Origin: Candidatus Heimdallarchaeota archaeon
GTDB taxonomy: Archaea > Asgardarchaeota > Heimdallarchaeia > Heimdallarchaeales > Heimdallarchaeaceae
Reading direction: 5' to 3'
Assembly (NCBI GenBank): GCA_018238545.1
Contig: JABCTC010000048.1
Coordinates: 1-26,064, forward strand
DNA length: 26,064 nt
Every line of letters starts with the position of its first letter. Position 1 is the first letter of the stretch. A program made the translations under genes and the position numbers. Positions 18,374-24,845 of the stretch are shown in pieces. A model generated the notes under the pieces. It made no database searches. It was not told the DNA's origin and saw only the letters and a program-made list of their open reading frames with translations.

Positions 18374-19270
18374 TTAAATTTTTAGAAAGGATTTGATTTT
18401 TGCCGCTACACCTTTTATGGTTTCTTGAATTTCCTTTACATCATCACTATCATCTTCTATCTCAGAAACTGATAGTTTTTGTATCATAGCTGTGTTGAAA
18501 ATGTCATTATAGGGTATTTTTGCAATAACTGTGTTATTTCCTTGACAGAACTCCTCAATCTCTTGAGATACTTTTTCGTTCATATCAGATTTATTGATCA
18601 CGACATATCCAGGTATTCGAAATTGGATTAAAAGTTCTAAAATTCTCTTTAGATCATGAAGGGCAGAAATTGTCGGTTCAGTTACAACAACAGCTAAATT
18701 ACTCCCTGTTAGAGAACTAATTACTGGACATCCAATACCTGGCGAACCATCAATCAGAACAAGCTTCTTCTTCTCTTCTTTTGCAACTTCTTCTGCAATT
18801 TTTCGCACTTGAGCAACAAGAAGACCTGAGCTTTCTTCTCCTGGAATTAAGCGTGCATGAACCATTGTACCTATTCTTGTTTCAGATTTCATATAGTGTC
18901 CAGAAATCCTTGCATTCATTGAAATTGCTTTTTCAGGACAAACATGATAGCAAAGACCACAACCTTCACATTTGAAACTGTCTATCTTAATATCTTCAGT
19001 TATGGCATCAAATCGACAAGCATCTCTACACAATCCACATTTAGTACATAAATCTTCATCAATTTTGGCAAGTTTCAATCCCTCATATTCGTGTTTCTCC
19101 TTAACATCTGGAGTAAAGATGAGATACAAATCAGCTGCATCAACATCTGCATCTGCAAGGATTGTATAATCTTTCATTAAGTAAGCTAAAGAAGCTATCA
19201 ACGAGCTTTTACCTGTTCCACCTTTTCCGGAAATTACTGTGACTTGTTTAACATTAGTGCTTTCACTCAT
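18374..19270 (-). CDS. MinD-superfamily P-loop ATPase with inserted 2x[4Fe-4S] ferredoxin (COG1149)
   Basis: SGKGGTGKS, DADVDA, two CxxCxxCxxxC motifs, DGSPGIGCPV, EPT. Confidence 0.92.
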   Translation of the reverse strand: MSESTNVKQVTVISGKGGTGKSSLIASLAYLMKDYTILADADVDAADLYLIFTPDVKEKHEYEGLKLAKIDEDLCTKCGLCRDACRFDAITEDIKIDSFKCEGCGLCYHVCPEKAISMNARISGHYMKSETRIGTMVHARLIPGEESSGLLVAQVRKIAEEVAKEEKKKLVLIDGSPGIGCPVISSLTGSNLAVVVTEPTISALHDLKRILELLIQFRIPGYVVINKSDMNEKVSQEIEEFCQGNNTVIAKIPYNDIFNTAMIQKLSVSEIEDDSDDVKEIQETIKGVAAKIKSFLKI

Positions 19271-20105
19271 TTTTAACCATCTCTTCTATGTTTGAATATA
19301 AGTTCTGAAATTTACTTTCATACTCAGGAAATCCCTTAACCAGTGGAATACCTACAGAGTTTTGTTTAGCAATTTCCATATCAAATGGGATTTTCATTAA
19401 TATTGGAATTTCATTCTCTTTGCAAAACAATTCTAGTTCATTATTTCCTACGCCATCTTTATTGATTATTACACCAAATTTTGTACCAAGTTTAATAAGA
19501 GACTCAACAACTATTTTCATATCTGACAGCCCAAAAGGAGTAGGTTCTCCAGCTAAAATAACAAAGTCTGCACCATGTATTGCTTCAACCATGGGACAAG
19601 CAGATCCAGGAGGAGAATCAACGATTACTATCTTATCGTTTTTATCAATAGTTTTCATTAATCTACTAATGACTGGAGTAGCAAGTTCTTCTCCAACTAT
19701 TAGCTCACCATAATGAAATGTTATGTGTTCGTTTTTACCTTCGAATATGTAACCAAGAGGTTTGTCTACCTCAGTTATGGCATCCTCGGGACAAACGTAA
19801 CTACATACTCCGCAACCGTGACATATTTTATCAAACAGAAGAATCTGACCGGGAAGGTTTGCCAATGCGTTATACTCACAACTGTCACTACATTTCCCGC
19901 ACAGAGTACATAAGTCTGTATCTATATCTGGAATCGGAACTGTTGCGGTTGCTATCTTTTTTGTGTCTAAATCTAGGAAAAGTGAACAATTGGGTTCTTC
20001 AACATCTGCATCAAGTATATGAGCTCCTTCTAATGAAAGAGCTAAACTTGTTGCTATTAGTGTTTTACCTGTTCCACCTTTTCCAGATGCTACAGCTATT
20101 CTCAT
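19263..20105 (-). CDS. MinD-superfamily P-loop ATPase with inserted ferredoxin (COG1149), partner paralogue
   Basis: ASGKGGTGKT, DADVEEPN, two ferredoxin motifs, DSPPGSACP, EPTPFGLSD; overlaps the next gene by 8 nt. Confidence 0.92.
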   Translation of the reverse strand: MRIAVASGKGGTGKTLIATSLALSLEGAHILDADVEEPNCSLFLDLDTKKIATATVPIPDIDTDLCTLCGKCSDSCEYNALANLPGQILLFDKICHGCGVCSYVCPEDAITEVDKPLGYIFEGKNEHITFHYGELIVGEELATPVISRLMKTIDKNDKIVIVDSPPGSACPMVEAIHGADFVILAGEPTPFGLSDMKIVVESLIKLGTKFGVIINKDGVGNNELELFCKENEIPILMKIPFDMEIAKQNSVGIPLVKGFPEYESKFQNLYSNIEEMVKNE

Positions 20106-20123
20106 CTTGTATTATCCCTGATT

Positions 20124-20471
20124 TTAATGTGCACAACCATCATTTTGGTCGGCTCTTTTCAACTTTCCACTCTTTAGAAGATCTAATGTTTCTTGTATAG
20201 TACCAGCTGCTTCAACAAAAAGTGCTACGCCTAGTTGATTACAGAGTTCTATTGCTTTTCTTCCTATCCCTCTGCATATGATAGCTTCAGATTTAGTAGC
20301 TAAGAATTCTGCTGGCATACCAACACCACCAAAATGATTGCTTTCATTTGGTATTATTTCTAAGGTATCAGTTTCTTCATCCCAAATACCATAAAATGGC
20401 ACTCTTCCAAAATGTTCTCCAACTAATGAGTTTCTATCATTATTGTCAATTACTGGAATTGCATATTTCAT
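20124..20471 (-). CDS. NifB/NifX family Fe-Mo/Fe-S cluster-binding protein
   Basis: MKYAIP, EHFGR, ICRGIG, C-terminal CAH; AGGTGA SD. Confidence 0.9.
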   Translation of the reverse strand: MKYAIPVIDNNDRNSLVGEHFGRVPFYGIWDEETDTLEIIPNESNHFGGVGMPAEFLATKSEAIICRGIGRKAIELCNQLGVALFVEAAGTIQETLDLLKSGKLKRADQNDGCAH

Positions 20472-20480
20472 TTTATCACC

Positions 20481-20810
20481 TTATATTTTATTTAATTGAT
20501 TGTTTTTCCATTTTGCAACCAATTCCTTAGCAGAAATTGCTTCGCCTTGGAACGATTCAACATTTGCCCGCTTTAGAGCATTATCTGCATTTGGACCTAA
20601 ATTCGGAGCCACAACAGCTGTAACATCTTTTGAAATGAGAAATTGTACAGCTTGGACACCAGCTCCTCCTCGAGCATTAGAGGCAGGATTAGTGAAAAAT
20701 TCGTAAGTGTCAGCATCAGCATCGTAAATTGCATAATACACGCTTCGACCAAATCTTTCAGACATTATTGCATTTTCGTTATTATCGACTATAGGTATTG
20801 CTAATTTCAT
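20481..20810 (-). CDS. NifB/NifX family protein
   Basis: MKLAIP, RFGR, NP..ARGGAGVQA, NLGPNA; AGGTGA SD. Confidence 0.9.
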   Translation of the reverse strand: MKLAIPIVDNNENAIMSERFGRSVYYAIYDADADTYEFFTNPASNARGGAGVQAVQFLISKDVTAVVAPNLGPNADNALKRANVESFQGEAISAKELVAKWKNNQLNKI

Positions 20811-21139
20811 TTTTTCACCTTGAGTTTTTCCTCTTGTAATTTTTCTATCGGTTCTTTAACAAATAACAAAGCTTTAACATCAAAGAGCGCAGTAGCTATC
20901 TTTTTGTGAGCTAGAGCCAGATCACGACTGAAAGATGCTTGTGATATACCCATTAATTCAGCAGATTTTACTTGTCTATAACCTTCATAATCTGCGTAAT
21001 AGATAGCTGTGATTTCTTCTTTGGTTAAATTTACATACTCAATATCCTTCATAGGTATAGCTTGAGGTTTGAAAATATTGCCATCAAAATCAACACACTT
21101 TCGCTGTATCTTTCGCTGTATTTTTTGTTTTTGAACCAT
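20807..21139 (-). CDS. DUF134 family DNA-binding protein
   Basis: FKP.AIP, EE..AI..AD.EG..Q..SAELMGISQASFSR.L..AHKKIA.AL; first gene of the NifX/COG1149 operon. Confidence 0.88.
   Translation of the reverse strand: MVQKQKIQRKIQRKCVDFDGNIFKPQAIPMKDIEYVNLTKEEITAIYYADYEGYRQVKSAELMGISQASFSRDLALAHKKIATALFDVKALLFVKEPIEKLQEEKLKVKK
21098..21121. repeat. Perfect 12-bp tandem duplication (CTTTCGCTGTAT x2) encoding IQRK-IQRK
   Basis: Direct reading of 21098-21109 and 21110-21121. Confidence 0.85.
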
Positions 21140-21179
21140 TCAATTCAGTTTATTTAATTGATAATTTAAACATTTAGGT

Positions 21180-21195
21180 ATGAATAATTATTCAT
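21180..21195. promoter_or_regulatory. Perfect 16-bp palindrome ATGAATAATTATTCAT, candidate DUF134 operator
   Basis: About 40 nt upstream of the DUF134 start and about 10 nt upstream of its TTTAAAT box. Confidence 0.65.
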
Positions 21196-21272
21196 GGGGT
21201 CAAGAAAAAAGACATATAGAAAGTATCATAAATGCTTTGAGATTTATAGGTGTAGAAGAGTAGAGTGATTGC

Positions 21273-22280
21273 TTGTCGTTAAGGGGATATATTGTTAAAA
21301 GAGTGTTGTATATCGTGCCAGTAATGCTAGGCATAACATTGATGAATTTTACTTTAATTAATGTAAGCCCAGGAGATCCAGTAATAGTTCGTCTGGGACT
21401 AATACATTGTGAAACACCTGAATGTTACAACTCAGCGTATAACAGAGAAGCAATAGAAATGGGGCTACTAAACAATGATATGTATACTGTTCCATGGTTT
21501 GAAAGATATGTCTCTTTTGTAAATGATTTATTACATTTCGATTTTGGGCGATCGTGGTATAACACGCAAGCGGGTGAAGGGATACCTATATCAGAAATTA
21601 TTATGAACCATGCACCCTACACATTAATCCTGAATACTATTTCTTTCATCTTATCGCTATTAATGTCCACAGCAATAGGAGTGATATCAGCTACTAGAAG
21701 AAGAAGTATATGGGATAAAGGACTCACAATTGCAATGTTGTTTGGATACTCAATGCCACTTTTCTGGCTAGCGAAATTACTAATGTTACTATCATTTGAG
21801 TTGTTCAATTTTACAGGAGTTACAAACAAAGATGCGTTCGTAACACCTATACTTCTTAATCCAGCATTCTACAAATACTTGATACTGCCGACACTAGCGT
21901 TAACTTTAGGGCACCTGGTCTTCATGGCACGATTAATGCGCTCACAGTTGTTAGAAATATTAAGACAAGATTACGTGACAACGGCGAAAGCAAAAGGAGT
22001 ATCTAATAGAGGAGTAATTTACAAACATGCTTTCAGAAATGGGTTGCTTCCAATAGTAACAATAATCGGAAATTCACTGCCAGGATTGCTAGGTGGAAGT
22101 GTAATGGTGGAAAGCATATATGGTTGGCCTGGGCTCGGAACTATCTTTTTAGAGGGGGCCTTATTCAGGGACTACCCTATGATGATGGCGACAAATACAA
22201 TTTTTCCTTTCCTTTTTCTCGTAGCGCGTTTACTCACGGATATCACGTATGTCTTTATTGACCCGAGAATTAAATATTAA
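21273..22280 (+). CDS. dppB: Peptide/nickel ABC transporter permease (DppB/OppB family)
   Basis: YIVKR, PGDPV, DFGRS, P.FWL, EAA region QDYVTTAKAKG..HAFRN, GSVMVESIYGWPGLG, RDYP, DPRI. Confidence 0.92.
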   Translation: MSLRGYIVKRVLYIVPVMLGITLMNFTLINVSPGDPVIVRLGLIHCETPECYNSAYNREAIEMGLLNNDMYTVPWFERYVSFVNDLLHFDFGRSWYNTQAGEGIPISEIIMNHAPYTLILNTISFILSLLMSTAIGVISATRRRSIWDKGLTIAMLFGYSMPLFWLAKLLMLLSFELFNFTGVTNKDAFVTPILLNPAFYKYLILPTLALTLGHLVFMARLMRSQLLEILRQDYVTTAKAKGVSNRGVIYKHAFRNGLLPIVTIIGNSLPGLLGGSVMVESIYGWPGLGTIFLEGALFRDYPMMMATNTIFPFLFLVARLLTDITYVFIDPRIKY

Positions 22281-22609
22281 ATTCTCTTCTTTTCCTTTGT
22301 CCTTCACACCGTTCTATCTTTTTGGCTTGGGTTAGTAATACTCTTTATGGCCTTAGGACGTCTAGTGTTTATGGCTAGATTAATGCACTCACAGCTGCTA
22401 GGAATATTAAGACAAGATTACGTAACAACAGAAAGCAAAAGGAGTATCAATTTATGGTTGGTCAGGGCTAGGAACAATCTTTTTAGAAGGTACGCTTTTC
22501 TGTGATTATCCCAATGATGATGGCTACCAACACAATCTTTCCTTTAGTAATTTAGGTGCATCTACTCAATAATATTTTGTTTGTTTTCGTTGACCATCGT
22601 ATGACATGA
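22281..22609 (+). pseudogene. Degraded, internally deleted dppB-like permease paralogue
   Basis: Fragments FWLGLVIL, LGRLVFMARLMHSQLLGILRQDYVTT, (2-nt deletion) KAKGVS joined directly to IYGWSGLGTIFLEGTLFCDYP, (+1) MMMATNTIFP, stop, ..VFVDHRM, collinear with 21273..22280. The 5' boundary is uncertain (clear from about 22320). Confidence 0.85.
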
Positions 22610-22629
22610 ATTTTTTACAAATTCTTTAG

Positions 22630-22772
22630 AAGTGCCTGAGCACATAATGGGGACGCCACTTACCCTCCTACACCACCCACAGCTTCTTGCAAAGGTGCTT
22701 ACGGTTCGCTTTGAGGTTTCTGTTGGATGTAGCCCCGAGGATCACCATGGGACTAGTGCATAGCTACAATCC
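22630..22772 (-). ncRNA. Candidate structured small RNA (~143 nt), family not recognised
   Basis: 73/140 G+C at 22631-22770 in AT-rich flanks; no ORF in the track; helices with G-U pairs on the minus strand; TATA box 24 nt upstream. Confidence 0.65.
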
Positions 22773-22795
22773 TTCAAAGTATAATCTACACTACC

Positions 22796-22803
22796 TTATT
22801 TAA
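22796..22803 (-). promoter_or_regulatory. TATA box (TTAAATAA) for the candidate ncRNA
   Basis: Correct archaeal spacing to the G at 22772 that opens helix 1. Confidence 0.55.
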
Positions 22804-22926
22804 GCACCCAAAAAAATGCACAAAAAAGAATGTTATAAAACATTAGTACTCTTTCTTTTTTTATTTTCTTGTTTTTAAGTATCACAAGATTAAAAACAAT
22901 TCTTGCATAACTAATTTATTAGCATC

Positions 22927-24615
22927 ATGAAGCCTTTCTGGAATAAGCTTTACCACTTCTTTGTTAACCCCTTATTATTTGTTGTTGGCATAGTAATTTT
23001 TATTCTGGTAATTGTTGTTAAGTTTGTTTTTCTTGTTTATGAAACACTCATCCCTCGAGGTTTACGTGAAATTGTTCCTCATATGGTTTTATGGAGAAAG
23101 TATCTTCTTTATGTTTCCAATTTATTCGCTCCTCAAGAGGAGTTTGATGCTATCGAAGTCGAAGAAAAGGTTCATGAGTTGGTTAGCAAAGAGGACAAGA
23201 TTAACAAGGCTTATCCTATTCAGAGAGGTGTTGGTGAAACATACGACCATGTTTTGATTTTTGTTTTAATCATCGTAGTTTCTATTGTTGCTATTGGCAG
23301 TGCAACAACTAACTTTGATGAATTCGTTAACGATGTGCTTGAACTATTACATATTTCCAATCTAGAATGGTATGGGTATTTGCTTATCGGTGTTGTTTTC
23401 TCTACTGTTATGGGTATGTTATCAACAATTGCAACCATTTTTGGTCCAGTCTATGCAATTTTTCATAAGTCTAGTTTAAGAATGGTTAAGATGGGTGCTT
23501 ACAGCTGGGGAACAATTTACCAGAAACTAGAAAATCTTTTTTCCCTTCCTTATATTGCTTCAAAGGCCTCCTTCACTTTTTTTGACGCTCCCCCTATATC
23601 TGAAGAAACTTTCAAAGAATTCAGAAAAGATGTCATGGGTGATTTCGGGAAGATAACTAGCAGAGTTTCTTCGATTTTGAGCTCTTCCTCAATTTCTTTA
23701 CCTGTTCAAACAAGAGAACTCTACAAAGAACTGATGTCAACAGATTTAGAAGATAGACTTGATATGACAAAGATCACTGAATCAACTTCTAGAGCTTTCT
23801 CTTTACTTATCTGGCAAAGTGAAACAGCTGTTATACCATGGAGAAAGGAACCAGGTTTACTTGGTTTTGCTGAAAAAAACAATCTCAAATACAAAGATGC
23901 CAAAAACACTTTTATCTTTATAACTAACAAGCTAAAAGAAGATTTTGTCTCAAAAACATTCTATGATTCAATCCTTCTCACTGGAGCTCTAAAGGGAGTT
24001 ATCAACACTGAAACAAAATATGGTTTACAAATGGATGATCTAGAATATAGCAAATTGTCATTTGCTTTAGCATTGGGAACACAAAGATACATTTTAGATC
24101 ATTTTTCAAAAAATAAATTTAGCGTACGTTTTAAAACAAAAATAAGAAATGTTCTATTCGGGTTCATTGTTCCAGTAGTTGAACTAACTTCAATCTTTAT
24201 CTCCTATTTCAAACACATAGGAAATAGTTTCAAGATGAATTTTGCTAAGGGTTGGTCAAAGAAATTTGGGAGATTCTTCTATGAAAGATTCAAGGAGATA
24301 CAGACAGGATTAAGAGTGAAAGCATATGAGGAAAAAGATGAAGAAGAAAAAGAGTTTGAAAAGGAAGAGGAAAAAACTAGAAACATTTTCATAACAGGCT
24401 TGTTTTTCATATTGCAGGTGATCCTTGCACTACCTCTGAGTTTGTACTTCTTTGCAAAATTGTTCTATTTGATATTCCGAGAAATCTTTAGAAAGAAGAA
24501 ACCTGAAGAGGTAAAAAGGAAAAAATTCGAAAAGGAAATAGCAAAAGAATCACTAATAACCATGTATGACGAAATTTACACTAAATTGGTTTTAGATACT
24601 TTCTATTATACATAA
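22927..24615 (+). CDS. Uncharacterised multi-pass membrane protein, paralogue B of 3088..4869
   Basis: 562-aa ORF; shared motifs PRGLRE.VP, YPI.RG.GE, IATIFGP.YA.FH, FSLPY, FFDAPPIS, PWRK, TGALKG, ALALG.Q.Y. Confidence 0.85.
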   Translation: MKPFWNKLYHFFVNPLLFVVGIVIFILVIVVKFVFLVYETLIPRGLREIVPHMVLWRKYLLYVSNLFAPQEEFDAIEVEEKVHELVSKEDKINKAYPIQRGVGETYDHVLIFVLIIVVSIVAIGSATTNFDEFVNDVLELLHISNLEWYGYLLIGVVFSTVMGMLSTIATIFGPVYAIFHKSSLRMVKMGAYSWGTIYQKLENLFSLPYIASKASFTFFDAPPISEETFKEFRKDVMGDFGKITSRVSSILSSSSISLPVQTRELYKELMSTDLEDRLDMTKITESTSRAFSLLIWQSETAVIPWRKEPGLLGFAEKNNLKYKDAKNTFIFITNKLKEDFVSKTFYDSILLTGALKGVINTETKYGLQMDDLEYSKLSFALALGTQRYILDHFSKNKFSVRFKTKIRNVLFGFIVPVVELTSIFISYFKHIGNSFKMNFAKGWSKKFGRFFYERFKEIQTGLRVKAYEEKDEEEKEFEKEEEKTRNIFITGLFFILQVILALPLSLYFFAKLFYLIFREIFRKKKPEEVKRKKFEKEIAKESLITMYDEIYTKLVLDTFYYT

Positions 24616-24845
24616 ATGCGTTTCTGAGACATTTTTTTATATTTATTTTAATAAAAGTGGAAATTCATCTAGCAGAAATTTGAGATAAATTGAAAGAATA
24701 GTAATAACTTTTGTGATGGAAAATAAGAAACACTTTTAGTTTGAAAACGTAAAGTACATGATTCATAAATTTCGTTTGAATTAAAACAAAAGGAAAATTC
24801 ACTAGAAAGTGTGAAAAAATAAAAAAGAAAAAAACAAAAAAAAGA

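Noticed and set aside
18374-20810. Nitrogen fixation or MinD cell-division locus
   Set aside because: No nifH/D/K/E/N and no minC/E; NifX-like and COG1149 proteins commonly occur together outside those pathways.
22514-22639. Box C/D sRNA (ATGATGA ... CTGA)
   Set aside because: The C-box word is the Met-Met-Met codons of the pseudogene, and the ~120-nt spacing is too long for an archaeal C/D guide.
22658-22664. ACTTACC on the plus strand, like the U1 snRNA 5' end (GGTAAGT splice-donor-like on minus), with a nearby AAUUUGU Sm-like word
   Set aside because: The promoter and G-U pairing favour the minus strand, the two words lie on opposite strands, and there is no U1 cloverleaf. A 7-mer match is weak.
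22725-22772. HDV-like ribozyme (words GUCCCA and UCCUCG)
   Set aside because: No P3 helix can close the UCCUCG loop, and no GG for P1.1 follows the P1 3' strand.
22630-22772. RNase P RNA, 5S rRNA, SRP RNA, T-box or group II intron domain V as the identity of the ncRNA
   Set aside because: Only isolated words match (AACAGAAAC, UGCAAG, GGGUGG, TACGGTTC). The GAGGAAAGUCC/P4 pairing, 5S loop C context, SRP helix 8 motif, T-box antiterminator and a proper domain V helix are all missing.
3088-24615. Composite mobile element or invertible segment bounded by the two paralogues
   Set aside because: The paralogues are too diverged at DNA level to be terminal repeats, no transposase or recombinase is present, and the cargo is ordinary chromosomal genes.
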